Origin: an uncultured Gammaproteobacteria bacterium
GTDB lineage: Bacteria; Pseudomonadota; Gammaproteobacteria; Magnimaribacterales; D2472
DNA length: 64,000 nt
Direction: 5' to 3'
NCBI GenBank assembly: GCA_964613455.1
Contig: CAZTGS010000001.1
Coordinates: 64,806 to 128,805 of the forward strand
This document shows, piece by piece, positions 38,690 to 48,497 of this stretch; the stretch's first letter is position 1; each line of letters starts with the position of its first letter. Both the position numbers and the translations under genes were made by a program. Below the pieces are notes generated by a model, which did no database searches, had not been told where the DNA came from, and worked only from the letters and a program-made list of their open reading frames with translations.

Positions 38690-39297
38690 TCGTCTTTAAG
38701 GTCTCTCTCTAAAGAGGAGAGGCTATCAAGAAAACCAGGCCTTTTAAATATATCTTTTTGGTAATCAATGAGAGGCTTTAAGTGTCTATTAACGGGAAGT
38801 CTTATTCCAATTGAGGGAAGCCTCCATAGAATTGGTGCAAAACAACAATCAACTAAAGTAAATTCATCACTCATAAAATATTTAAATTCTTTAAATGTAG
38901 GAGCTATTGATGATATCTCATGAAGCAATTCTTCTCTTAATTTAATCAACTCTTTTTCAGGAAGATCGCCAGCAATTAATGTATCGACCATTGGACACCA
39001 CTCTCTATCTATTCTTAACATCAATGTTCTGCTGTTAGCCCTTGCAACAGGGTATACAGGTAATAAAGGTGGATGAGGAAATCTTTCATCAAGATATTCC
39101 ATCATTACAGAAGGATCATGTATCGCTAAATCTCTGTCAACTAGAATTGGTAATTTATGATAAGGACTTATAGATAGAATATCTTCAGGAGTAGCCTCAG
39201 GTTTTGATTCTTTTATCTCAGCAGTAATATCCTTTTCAGCTAAAACTATTCTCACTCTTTGACTGTAATGGTCATCTCTATCTGAATATAAAATCAT
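38683..39297 (-). CDS. sspA: Stringent starvation protein A
   Basis: YSQRVRIVLAEKDI...MEYLDERFPHPPLLPVYPVARANSR is near-identical in pattern to E. coli SspA. Confidence 0.95.
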   Translation of the reverse strand: MILYSDRDDHYSQRVRIVLAEKDITAEIKESKPEATPEDILSISPYHKLPILVDRDLAIHDPSVMMEYLDERFPHPPLLPVYPVARANSRTLMLRIDREWCPMVDTLIAGDLPEKELIKLREELLHEISSIAPTFKEFKYFMSDEFTLVDCCFAPILWRLPSIGIRLPVNRHLKPLIDYQKDIFKRPGFLDSLSSLERDLKDDQ

Positions 39298-39313
39298 AAT
39301 TTTTTCCTAATTT

Positions 39314-40138
39314 TTAATGATAATCTTTATGGTATTCTCGATACAATAAAGAGGACAAAGCTGTGAATATTAAAAAATAGAATACCACATACCAACCTAT
39401 CCTCTCCCTTGTTGCCTTTGCAGGTTCTCCAACATAGACCAAGAAATTTGTAAGATCATATATTAATTTATCAAATTCGTCTTTAGTTAATTCTCCAGAA
39501 CCTTCTGCAACTTCAAGAAATCCACATTTTTCATTTGTAATAGCATTTCCTTCAGCATCTCTTTTTTCACCACCATTTCTAGCAATAACTGGAACTTGTT
39601 TGCAAACTAATTTTTGATTTCCTTGCAGAGCCATTAGAACATTAGGCATAGCTGTACCTGGGTAAACTAGATTATTCACTCCATATTGTTTTGTTGAGTC
39701 CTCATAGTAGGTTCTTAGATAAGAATATATCCAATCATCTCCTCTCACCCTACTAACAAGTGTTAGATCAGGCGGGGCAACTCCAAACCATTTAGCAGAC
39801 TCTTCTTTAGGCATGGAGCCTGTCATTAAGTCACCTGGCTTTACTGACTTATCAAAGACTAGATTTTCAAAAAAAATATCCTCAGGAATCTGAAGATCTT
39901 TAGCCACTCTTCCCCATCTTGAATATTGAAGAGAGTGACAGCCATAACAATAGTTAAGAAATGTTGATGCACCACTTTGAAGAGATTCCATATCATTAAG
40001 TGAATATTTAAATTTATCGCAATCACCATAATCTTTACATGGTCCGCCCTCCGCAGCTTCTAAACTATTAAAAAATATTGTTGATACGAAGAGCAACAAA
40101 AATTTAGAGCTTTTAGATAAAATATTTTTATACATCAT
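39314..40138 (-). CDS. petC: Cytochrome c1 of the bc1 complex
   Basis: 274 aa with a signal peptide, the heme motif CYGCHS and a C-terminal TM anchor. Lies downstream of petB. Confidence 0.92.
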   Translation of the reverse strand: MMYKNILSKSSKFLLLFVSTIFFNSLEAAEGGPCKDYGDCDKFKYSLNDMESLQSGASTFLNYCYGCHSLQYSRWGRVAKDLQIPEDIFFENLVFDKSVKPGDLMTGSMPKEESAKWFGVAPPDLTLVSRVRGDDWIYSYLRTYYEDSTKQYGVNNLVYPGTAMPNVLMALQGNQKLVCKQVPVIARNGGEKRDAEGNAITNEKCGFLEVAEGSGELTKDEFDKLIYDLTNFLVYVGEPAKATRERIGWYVVFYFLIFTALSSLLYREYHKDYH

Positions 40139-41352
40139 AGTCTTTTGGGTACTTCTAATGTTTTTTCAAATTTTGTATAAATTGGCATTAATAAGAAAAA
40201 GGCAAAATAAATAAAAGTACATATAACGCTCATTGTTTTTCTAACTTCTGTTACGCCAACTGTTCCAAGATATCCTAACGTGAGGAAACTAATACCAAAC
40301 AATGCTAAAGCTAGCTTGCTGTAGATGCCTTTGTATCTAATTGATGCAGCCTTGCTATTATCTAACCATGGAACAACAAATAATATTGCAACTGCTGAAC
40401 CCATAACAATTAAACCGCCAAGCTTATCAGGAACAGCTCTTAACATTGCGTAGTAAGGAGAGTAATACCATACAGGTGCTATATGCTCTGGTGTAACAAG
40501 TGGATTAGCTTCTTCAAAATTTGCCATTTCAATAAAATAGCCTCCTCCTTCAGGAAAGAAGAACATAATTATTGCAAAGACCGTCATGAAGACACCAATA
40601 CCTACTAGAGCGTTTAAAACTTTGTACGGAAAGAATGGAACACTATCTAATGGCACCCCGTCGTCGTCAAGAAATTCTTCAATATCTACACCTTCAGGAT
40701 TTCCTGCTCCTACCTCATGCAAGGCTACAAGATGAAGGAATACTAATGCGATTAATACTAAAGGCAAAGCAACGACATGAAGAGCAAAAAATCTTGAGAC
40801 TGTTATTCCTGAAATATAGTAATCACCCCTAACCCATAATTCTAAAGATTCTCCAATATATGGAATAGCTCCAAATAAAGAAATAATTACTTGCGCCCCC
40901 CAGTATGACATTTGTCCATAAGGAAGAACGTATCCAAGAAAGCCTTCAGCCATCATTGCTAAATATATTGCACATCCAAAAACCCAAACTAGTTCTTTTG
41001 GTTTTTGATAAGAGCCGTAAAGAAGTCCTCTAAACATATGAAGATAGACAACGGCAAAAAACATAGATGCACCAGTTGTATGCATGTATCTTATAACCCA
41101 GCCATAATCAACATCTCTCATAATATATTCAACAGAAGAAAATGCTTCCTCTTCTGTATTTGAATAAGGCATTATTAACCATATTCCTGATATTATTTGA
41201 ATAATAAGCACTACGGATGCAAGAGCTCCAAAAAGGTACCAAAAATTGACTTTAGAAGGCACCGGGTGTTTTGATAAATGCCTTTCAAAAGTATTGACTA
41301 TAGGAAGTCTACTATTAAACCATCCAAAAACTTTTCCTGCTATTTCACTCAT
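40135..41352 (-). CDS. petB: Cytochrome b of the bc1 complex
   Basis: 405 aa polytopic protein with the conserved WNFGSL-like region (FWYLFGAL), RYMHTTGASMFF and the PEWY-like VAPVWYYSPYYA. Confidence 0.95.
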   Translation of the reverse strand: MSEIAGKVFGWFNSRLPIVNTFERHLSKHPVPSKVNFWYLFGALASVVLIIQIISGIWLIMPYSNTEEEAFSSVEYIMRDVDYGWVIRYMHTTGASMFFAVVYLHMFRGLLYGSYQKPKELVWVFGCAIYLAMMAEGFLGYVLPYGQMSYWGAQVIISLFGAIPYIGESLELWVRGDYYISGITVSRFFALHVVALPLVLIALVFLHLVALHEVGAGNPEGVDIEEFLDDDGVPLDSVPFFPYKVLNALVGIGVFMTVFAIIMFFFPEGGGYFIEMANFEEANPLVTPEHIAPVWYYSPYYAMLRAVPDKLGGLIVMGSAVAILFVVPWLDNSKAASIRYKGIYSKLALALFGISFLTLGYLGTVGVTEVRKTMSVICTFIYFAFFLLMPIYTKFEKTLEVPKRL

Positions 41353-41937
41353 TTAAGCCGATCCTCCATCTTCACCAATAGTTAATACACTTCCAACAAA
41401 AAAATGTGGTGGTACTGGAAGGTTTGTTGGAGCAGGAACTCCTTTGAAAACTCTTCCTACCATATCAAACATAGAACCGTGACAAGGACAAAAAAATCCT
41501 CCAGCCCAGGTTGCATCCCATGGCTTTGGTTCAACTTCCGGATGATATTTTGGTGAACAGCCAAGGTGAGTACAAACTCCAGCTACAACTGTATATTCTT
41601 CACTCTTTGATCTAGTTGCATTCATGCCTCTGTATGGTTCATCAATATCTTCTGAATTAGGGTCAGCAAGTTTAGGCAGGGTTACTTCTAAGCTTTTTAA
41701 ACTTTCTTTAGTATGTCTTATAATAAATACTGGTTGTTTGCGCCAAGCTACTTGAATTTGTTGTCCGTATTGCATTTTTGATACATCTAATTTTACAGAC
41801 GCGCCTGCAGCTTTAGCTCTAGCACTTGGATTCCATGCAGCGATAAATGGAGTTGCAGCAAAAGGTATTCCTGACAAGCTAACTGCGCTAGTTAAGCCTA
41901 TAAGAACCTTTCTTCTTGTATTGTCTTTTTCTTGCAT
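41353..41937 (-). CDS. petA: Ubiquinol-cytochrome c reductase Rieske iron-sulfur subunit
   Basis: CTHLGCSP ... CPCHGSMFD Rieske boxes and a Tat-like N-terminus (TRRKVLIG). Confidence 0.95.
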   Translation of the reverse strand: MQEKDNTRRKVLIGLTSAVSLSGIPFAATPFIAAWNPSARAKAAGASVKLDVSKMQYGQQIQVAWRKQPVFIIRHTKESLKSLEVTLPKLADPNSEDIDEPYRGMNATRSKSEEYTVVAGVCTHLGCSPKYHPEVEPKPWDATWAGGFFCPCHGSMFDMVGRVFKGVPAPTNLPVPPHFFVGSVLTIGEDGGSA

Positions 41938-42019
41938 TAGCCCTTTGTGTGCTTGTGTTTGTACTAATAAAAAACTAGCAGATTATACCACTAATTTTAG
42001 AGAAAAAATCTGAAAAAAA

Positions 42020-42412
42020 TTAACGTTTTGAAAACTGTTTGCTTTTCCTAGCCTTGACCAAACCAGGTTTCTTTCTTTCTACTTTTCTAGAATCTCTAGT
42101 AAGTAATCCAGCTTTTTTTAGTTGAGGTCTTAGTTCTTCATCAAATGAGATTAAAGCTCTTGAAATTCCATGCCTTATGGCGCCTGCTTGACCAAAACTT
42201 CCACCACCTTTAACTTTGATATTTATATCAAGCTTTCCTGTCAATTCTGTCATTTCAATTGGTTGCATGACCAGCATTTGTGCAACTTTTCTACCAAAAT
42301 AAACATCTAACTTTTTATCATTAACACTGATATCTCCTTTTCCTGAAGATAGATAAACTCTAGCAGATGAAGTTTTTCTTCTACCAGTTGCGTAATGAAT
42401 TTCTGATGTCAT
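42020..42412 (-). CDS. rpsI: 30S ribosomal protein S9
   Basis: [15 protein letters not shown] ... [18 protein letters not shown]. The preferred start is the ATG at 42412, which forms an ATGA overlap with the rplM stop. The track ORF starts at 42427. Confidence 0.95.
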   Translation of the reverse strand: MTSEIHYATGRRKTSSARVYLSSGKGDISVNDKKLDVYFGRKVAQMLVMQPIEMTELTGKLDINIKVKGGGSFGQAGAIRHGISRALISFDEELRPQLKKAGLLTRDSRKVERKKPGLVKARKSKQFSKR

Positions 42413-42843
42413 ATTTTTGGATTCCATTCTATTGGTTGTTGTGATTCGTGTTCATGCTCAGGTCCACTAAAAACTTTAAGCTTTTTAATCATAGATTTAC
42501 CAAGCTTGTTTTTTGGTAACATACCTTTAACAGCTTCTTCTATAATTCTCTCAGGAAATCTTTCGTTCATTTCTCTGAAAGTTCTAGTTTTTAATCCACC
42601 AGGATATAAGGAGTGAGTATAGTATTTTTTATCCTCAAACTTGGCTCCGGTTACCTTAATTTTTTCAGCATTAATAACAACAACATAATCACCGCCATCA
42701 GTATGGGGCGTGAAAGTCGGCTTATCTTTACCTCTGATTCTATCAGCTATTTTAGTTGCTACTCTGCCCAGAATCTTGTCTGAAGCATCGATAACATACC
42801 ATTGTCTTTCGACATTTTCTTTTTTTAGTGAGAACGTTTTCAT
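42409..42843 (-). CDS. rplM: 50S ribosomal protein L13
   Basis: [29 protein letters not shown] matches the E. coli L13 N-terminus. The track ORF has 2 extra codons (start at 42849). Confidence 0.96.
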   Translation of the reverse strand: MKTFSLKKENVERQWYVIDASDKILGRVATKIADRIRGKDKPTFTPHTDGGDYVVVINAEKIKVTGAKFEDKKYYTHSLYPGGLKTRTFREMNERFPERIIEEAVKGMLPKNKLGKSMIKKLKVFSGPEHEHESQQPIEWNPKI

Positions 42844-42918
42844 AATCATATTTTTGTAAGATGCGAATATTAATGTTTAGAGCCAAAATTAGCAATATTA
42901 AAGTGCATTATTTTTTAA

Positions 42919-43962
42919 TTATCTGCCTTCTAAATACTCCATGGTTTGCATTTCATTTAGTCTGCTTAAGCATCTATCCCATAAAATCTGCAGTTTATTT
43001 CCAGAATATAAGTTGCCTGAGTTTAAATCACCCATAAAAAATTTTACCTTTGTATGTTCTCTATAACAAATATCTATAAACGAAATAAACCTTCTTATAA
43101 TATCTGCATTATTTTCATCGCATTTAATAAAGTCATTTACAAAAATCCAGTCTTTGTCTTTACAAATTTCCATGAAATCTTTTACGCCAGTAGCTTTAGA
43201 AAAAAAATCTTTATAAGAAATCCATAGAAACTTTTCAGAGTATGCTTTACAAGGAAACTCCCTAGAGTTTATTGATAATAATTTATCCTTGAAAATTATT
43301 TGATCAAAACTGGTTTCAATGAAGTCTAAAATATCCTTATCATCAGAGATTTTATCAGAAGCTACATTTGCAAATTTATGGATATTTCTTGTTCTATAAT
43401 CTATCGAACCTTTTAACTCATATATGTGTAGGTTATTTTTTATAGTTTCCATAGAATCCATAAATTTTTTCCTTTGAAGTCCGTCTTTATATAAATTATC
43501 AGGATGAGCATTAGATGTTAAAAACATTATTACTCCAGATTTGATTAACTGATTCAAAAGATTTCCAATAATCATCGCATCAGCCACATCCTCAACCTGA
43601 AATTCATCAATAAAAATAATTTTATAATTTTTATTTAGTGTCTTAGCTATATAATTTAAGGGATTCTTTTTACCAGAAAGCTTAGATAACTCTTTATGAA
43701 TATCTTGCATAAAATCAATATAATGAAAAATACCCTTGCTTCTTTTGATAGTTTCTAAAAATTTTTTAGCAATGAGAGTCTTACCTCTCCCAACATCTCC
43801 CCATACATAAAAACCCTTTGTTTCACTTTTGTTCTTTTTGAGGTTTTCTAAAAAATTAGATTCTTTTGGAAAGAAATTTAATAAATTGTTAATTAACTCA
43901 GTCTGAGCTAAATCAAGCTCTATTCCTTGGTTTTTTAGATCATCGGTGATATTTTGAATCAT
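42919..43962 (-). CDS. zapE: AFG1-family ATPase ZapE
   Basis: 347 aa with Walker A GDVGRGKT and Walker B IIFIDEFQVEDVADA. Lies upstream of rplM as yhcM/zapE does in E. coli. Confidence 0.85.
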   Translation of the reverse strand: MIQNITDDLKNQGIELDLAQTELINNLLNFFPKESNFLENLKKNKSETKGFYVWGDVGRGKTLIAKKFLETIKRSKGIFHYIDFMQDIHKELSKLSGKKNPLNYIAKTLNKNYKIIFIDEFQVEDVADAMIIGNLLNQLIKSGVIMFLTSNAHPDNLYKDGLQRKKFMDSMETIKNNLHIYELKGSIDYRTRNIHKFANVASDKISDDKDILDFIETSFDQIIFKDKLLSINSREFPCKAYSEKFLWISYKDFFSKATGVKDFMEICKDKDWIFVNDFIKCDENNADIIRRFISFIDICYREHTKVKFFMGDLNSGNLYSGNKLQILWDRCLSRLNEMQTMEYLEGR

Positions 43963-43968
43963 TAATAT

Positions 43969-44964
43969 ATGAAAATTTTACAAGCCACCAAAATAAACTA
44001 TTTATTAGTAATTTCAATAACTATATTTTTAACATGGTTTTATATTAACAATGATAGCAATAAATTTGTCTCTGCATCAGAAAAATCCATCTCTTCCGTA
44101 GTAACAATATATTCCTTCAAAAAAAATAGTTCCTATTCTAAAAATCTAAGCGAAATAGGGTCTGGTGTAATTTTTTCAAAGGATGGCTATATAGTTACAA
44201 ATTTTCATATTATTTCTGGGTCTCAGAATATAAAAGCGAGACTTAGCAGCGGCCAAGAATATAATGCAACGGTTATAGGTTTTGATATAAATGCTGATAT
44301 TGCTGTTCTGAAAATTATATCGGAAGAAGTTCTTATACCTATTAATATTGCTGATAGTTCAAATTTAAAAACTGGTGATAGTGTTTTGGCTATTGGTAAT
44401 CCTTATGGTATTGGTATCTCAGTTTCTGCAGGAATTATTAGCGCAACTGGAAGAGATTATGGAAATCCATATTTAGAATTAATTCAAACAGATGCAGCAA
44501 TCAATCCAGGAAATTCTGGTGGGGCATTAATCAATGAAAATGGTAACTTAATAGGAATTAATACAAAAATATTTTCAAAAACTGGTGCATATCAGGGCTT
44601 AGGTTTCGCCATACCCTCAAATGTAGTTGTTCAGATTGCTTCTGAACTAATTAAATATGGAAAAATTAGAACAATGTGGATTGGTAATTTCAGAGTTACT
44701 GGTATTAGATTAAATTTAAATAATCAACTTATCAATGGTCTGCGAATAGTTGAAATTGATAGTGTTGGGCCCTTATTTGAAGAAGGTGTTAGAGCTAATG
44801 ACATTATTATTGAGATTAATCAAGAGGAGAGTTCATGGAATAATCTTACTAAATCTTTAAGATTTGCTTCACTTGGTGATGATATTAAACTAAAACTATT
44901 TACAACTGACAAAGAGTTTAAAGTTGTTGAAATTACTTCAGATCAAATAGAAAAAGTTAACTAG
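43969..44964 (+). CDS. degS: Membrane-anchored S1C serine protease, DegS/AlgW-like (one PDZ)
   Basis: N-terminal TM with catalytic triad contexts VTNFHII, DIAVLKI and GNSGGALIN. 331 aa. Confidence 0.85.
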   Translation: MKILQATKINYLLVISITIFLTWFYINNDSNKFVSASEKSISSVVTIYSFKKNSSYSKNLSEIGSGVIFSKDGYIVTNFHIISGSQNIKARLSSGQEYNATVIGFDINADIAVLKIISEEVLIPINIADSSNLKTGDSVLAIGNPYGIGISVSAGIISATGRDYGNPYLELIQTDAAINPGNSGGALINENGNLIGINTKIFSKTGAYQGLGFAIPSNVVVQIASELIKYGKIRTMWIGNFRVTGIRLNLNNQLINGLRIVEIDSVGPLFEEGVRANDIIIEINQEESSWNNLTKSLRFASLGDDIKLKLFTTDKEFKVVEITSDQIEKVN

Positions 44965-46216
44965 GCAAACGGATAATATTAGCCCCTAAATAATTTAGTT
45001 TCTCTTCAATTCTTTCATAGCCCCTATCTATATGATAAATCCTATCTACTATCGTTTGACCCTCTGCACATAGACCTGCCAGAATAAGACTTGCAGATGC
45101 CCTCAAGTCTGTTGCCATAACTTCTGCACCATAAATCTTATCAACACCCTTTACTATTGCCTGATTACCATTGATATTAATATCACAACCCATCCTGTTG
45201 AGCTCCTGTATATGCATAAATCGATTTTCAAAAACTGTTTCATATATATTTGAGGTGCCTTCAGCTATTGCATTTATAACTGAAAATTGAGCTTGCATAT
45301 CAGTTGGGAACTCAGGAAATGGAGCTGTAGTAATATCAACTGGCTTTGGTTTATCTCTTTTCATGGATAACGAAATAGAATTTTCGTCAAATTTGATTTC
45401 TGCACCTGTTTCTTCGAGCTTTTGGAGTACTTTTCTTAATCTATCGGGATTAATTCCATTAATTAAAACCTCTCCTCTTGTTACTGCAGCTGCTACCAAG
45501 TATGTTCCAGCTTCAATTCTATCTGCAGGAATACTGAAAGTTGCTCCATTCAAAGCAGACACTCCTTCAATAACTATTTCATCAGTTCCAGCTCCTGTAA
45601 TTTTTGCACCCATTTCATTTAAAAGTTCTGCTAGATCTTCAATTTCTGGTTCTTTTGCTACATTCGTTAAATAAGTGGTTCCTTTTGCCAGACATGCCGC
45701 CATCATTATATTTTCTGTCCCTGTAACAGTTACTCCATCAAATTTTATTTTTGCTCCCACAAGTTCAGTGGCAGTTGCTTCTATGTAACCACTTTTAAGT
45801 TCTATTTTTGCACCAAGTTGTTCTAGAGCATCTAAATGGAAATTTACTGGTCTTGAGCCAATGGCGCAACCACCAGGAAGTGCAATCCTTGCTTTTCCAT
45901 ATTTTGCAACAAGAGGTCCAAGTACAAGAATCGATGCTCTCATAGTTTTTACTAACTCATATCTAGCTTCGGTATCTTTCAATTTATTGGAAGAAATAGT
46001 GAAATCCATATTTTCATTTAAAAGTATTTCAGCGCCCATAGATCCAAGTAACTCAAACATTGTAGTAATATCTTGAAGATAAGGAAGATTTTTTAAAACT
46101 ACGCTATCGTTGCAAAGAATCGTTGCAGCAATCATAGGCAATGCTGCATTTTTTGCTCCAGAACAAGTTATAGTTCCACTTAAAGAATTGCCACCATTTA
46201 TTAAAAGTTTCTCCAT
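44957..46216 (-). CDS. murA: UDP-N-acetylglucosamine 1-carboxyvinyltransferase
   Basis: 419 aa with SGAKNAALP and active-site Cys context PGGCAIGSRPV. Confidence 0.97.
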   Translation of the reverse strand: MEKLLINGGNSLSGTITCSGAKNAALPMIAATILCNDSVVLKNLPYLQDITTMFELLGSMGAEILLNENMDFTISSNKLKDTEARYELVKTMRASILVLGPLVAKYGKARIALPGGCAIGSRPVNFHLDALEQLGAKIELKSGYIEATATELVGAKIKFDGVTVTGTENIMMAACLAKGTTYLTNVAKEPEIEDLAELLNEMGAKITGAGTDEIVIEGVSALNGATFSIPADRIEAGTYLVAAAVTRGEVLINGINPDRLRKVLQKLEETGAEIKFDENSISLSMKRDKPKPVDITTAPFPEFPTDMQAQFSVINAIAEGTSNIYETVFENRFMHIQELNRMGCDININGNQAIVKGVDKIYGAEVMATDLRASASLILAGLCAEGQTIVDRIYHIDRGYERIEEKLNYLGANIIRLPS

Positions 46217-46218
46217 TA

Positions 46219-46437
46219 TTATCCTATTCTGGTTTCAATGCTTAGAGCATGAAGTACTCCTGATTCAAATTTATCTTTTAAAGGATTGAGTACTTTTTTA
46301 TGTTGGTTTATTAATGACAAGCCTTGAAATGATGCTGATGAAACAATTAGTTTTAAATTGCATGAGTCACCACCAAATGAACACTCTGCATCTGGAATTT
46401 CTTTAATAATGATTTCCGTTAATAGATCCCTATCCAC
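46219..46437 (-). CDS. ibaG: BolA-family protein IbaG (YrbA)
   Basis: 72 aa with HKKVLNPL...HALSIET. Lies immediately upstream of murA as in E. coli. Confidence 0.8.
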   Translation of the reverse strand: MDRDLLTEIIIKEIPDAECSFGGDSCNLKLIVSSASFQGLSLINQHKKVLNPLKDKFESGVLHALSIETRIG

Positions 46438-47062
46438 TTATGCCTGCATCCCCAGCATCAGAAACCCAGCCTTTTAGAGTTAATTCTATATCACCATTAT
46501 TTTTACTTGCTAATGCTTGAAACTGATTCCTGAAAGTTAAGCCAAGATTCACACCATTTACAATAATATTCACTATCATCCATTCGTTATTCTTATTTTT
46601 TCTTAATTTATAAGATATTGGGTATTTGCTACTACCGGTATTAAGAATTTGCTTAACTTCTGAATTTTTTGAGGTAAGCAACTCAGGACTATCAAGAAAA
46701 ATAGTTTCAATTGCTTGATTTTCCCATTGAGCAAGAGTCTCGGCATATGTATCCAATAAGGAATCCTTAAAAATATTAACAAAATCTTTTCTTTGCTCTG
46801 TTGAGGATGCGGAATAATATTTTTTACCCATGACAGTTGCCGCAACTAAGCGAAAATTGATCATAGGTTCGAATATTTCCTTGATTTTATTTTCATAAGC
46901 ATCTCTGTCTTCAGTAAATAAATTTTTATTTTCAATAAGAACTTGCACCATTTTTTGTGCATTTTTATCAATGAATATATGAGGATCTTCTTCAGAAGAA
47001 ATCAATGGTGACCCCAACAGTAATAAAACTGATAAAAAATAATTTTTGTGAAGCGCTAACAT
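46430..47062 (-). CDS. mlaC: Periplasmic phospholipid-binding protein MlaC (Ttg2D)
   Basis: 210 aa with a signal peptide and the central MGKKYYSASSTEQRKDFVNIFKDSLLDTYA pattern typical of MlaC. Lies upstream of ibaG-murA. Confidence 0.8.
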   Translation of the reverse strand: MLALHKNYFLSVLLLLGSPLISSEEDPHIFIDKNAQKMVQVLIENKNLFTEDRDAYENKIKEIFEPMINFRLVAATVMGKKYYSASSTEQRKDFVNIFKDSLLDTYAETLAQWENQAIETIFLDSPELLTSKNSEVKQILNTGSSKYPISYKLRKNKNNEWMIVNIIVNGVNLGLTFRNQFQALASKNNGDIELTLKGWVSDAGDAGISG

Positions 47063-47107
47063 TGTTCTATTATAGCATTTAGATGATAATTAAAAGTCAG
47101 TAAACAT

Positions 47108-48070
47108 ATGAAAAAATTTAACTATATAGGCTCTGCAAAACGAACATTTAAAGTAGAAGCAGATGCTATAAAGGGTTTATCAAACCAATTAAATAATAGC
47201 TTTTCACAATTATGTGATGCTGCCAGATTTAATGATGGCAAATTTATTATTATGGGTGTTGGTAAATCAGGACATATAGGTCAAAAAATATCTGCGACTT
47301 TATCTAGTACTGGGACTGGTTCAATATTCATTCATCCAACTGAAGCTGCTCATGGTGATATGGGCCTAATTGAAAAAAATGACATTATTTTTTTGATTTC
47401 GAATTCTGGTGAAACCGACGAAATTATTAATATACTACCATCACTCAAAAGGCTTTCTTATAAAGTGGTTTCTTTGACAAGTAAGAGAAGTTCAACAATT
47501 GCTAAATCTTCAGATATTTCAGTGGTCATAACTGCAAAAGAGGCATGTCCATTAGACCTAGCTCCAACATCATCTACAACTGCAGCTTTAGCATTTGGGG
47601 ATGCTCTTGCAATTGCCTTACTCGAGTCTAAAGGTTTTACCAGAAACGATTTTGCTAGCTCACATCCAGCAGGAAAACTAGGAAAGAAACTAATCACACA
47701 GGTTCAACATATTATGCATAAGGGTAAAGAAGTGCCTTGCGTTGAGTCAACCACATTACTATCAAAAGCTCTAATAGAAATTACAGATAAAGGACTTGGC
47801 ATTACTCTTGTTAAAAATAAATCTAAAATTATTGGTATATTTACCGATGGTGATCTCAGGAGATGTTTGAACGAACAAGTTGATATTAACTCAACAAAAA
47901 TTAAAGATGTTATGACTAAAAAGTTTATAACTATTGAGTCTGAAACCTTAGCAATTGAAGCAGCTGAACTAATGGAAAAAAATAAGATATTTACCCTTGT
48001 TGTTATGCAAGGTTCAAAAAATGTGGGCGTTTTATCAATGCATGACTTAATTCAAGCTAGGATTCTTTAA
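47108..48070 (+). CDS. kdsD: Arabinose-5-phosphate isomerase KdsD
   Basis: 320 aa with a SIS domain (GVGKSGHIGQKISATLSSTGT) plus two C-terminal CBS repeats. Confidence 0.93.
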   Translation: MKKFNYIGSAKRTFKVEADAIKGLSNQLNNSFSQLCDAARFNDGKFIIMGVGKSGHIGQKISATLSSTGTGSIFIHPTEAAHGDMGLIEKNDIIFLISNSGETDEIINILPSLKRLSYKVVSLTSKRSSTIAKSSDISVVITAKEACPLDLAPTSSTTAALAFGDALAIALLESKGFTRNDFASSHPAGKLGKKLITQVQHIMHKGKEVPCVESTTLLSKALIEITDKGLGITLVKNKSKIIGIFTDGDLRRCLNEQVDINSTKIKDVMTKKFITIESETLAIEAAELMEKNKIFTLVVMQGSKNVGVLSMHDLIQARIL

Positions 48071-48484
48071 TTGTTTAGAAATAATATTCCTTTTTTTATA
48101 CTAGCCCTAGGCCTCAATCTAAATGCTGAGATATCAATAAATAATCTTATAATTACTTCAGAATATGTTGAAATTAGTAAAGATCGTAATCAAGTTATCT
48201 TTCAAGACAAAGTTAAAATTGATTCAGGTACACTTGTAATTACTGCTGATGAAGCTTTATATGATGGCAGGAAAAAAATAATTACAGTCAAAGGCAACCC
48301 ATCACTTATTGATTCTTTATTAAAAGATCTAAGTTTTAGTGGAGAGGCTTCTAAAATAATTTTCTTTGCTAATAACAAAGTTCAGTTAGTTGGCAAAGCC
48401 AGTATGATTTATGACGATATAAACATTTCATCAAATGCTATAACCTTTAATCCTCAAAATGGTAGTATTTCATCCAATGATTAA
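48071..48484 (+). CDS. lptA: LptA-like periplasmic LPS-transport protein (OstA_N fold, short)
   Basis: The TTG start immediately follows the kdsD stop. It has a signal peptide (FFILALGLNLNA|E) and a beta-rich repeat pattern (LVITADEALYDG...ITVKGNP). Lies directly upstream of lptB. 137 aa versus 185 aa in E. coli. Confidence 0.7.
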   Translation: MFRNNIPFFILALGLNLNAEISINNLIITSEYVEISKDRNQVIFQDKVKIDSGTLVITADEALYDGRKKIITVKGNPSLIDSLLKDLSFSGEASKIIFFANNKVQLVGKASMIYDDINISSNAITFNPQNGSISSND

Positions 48485-48497
48485 TTCTTTATAAAAA

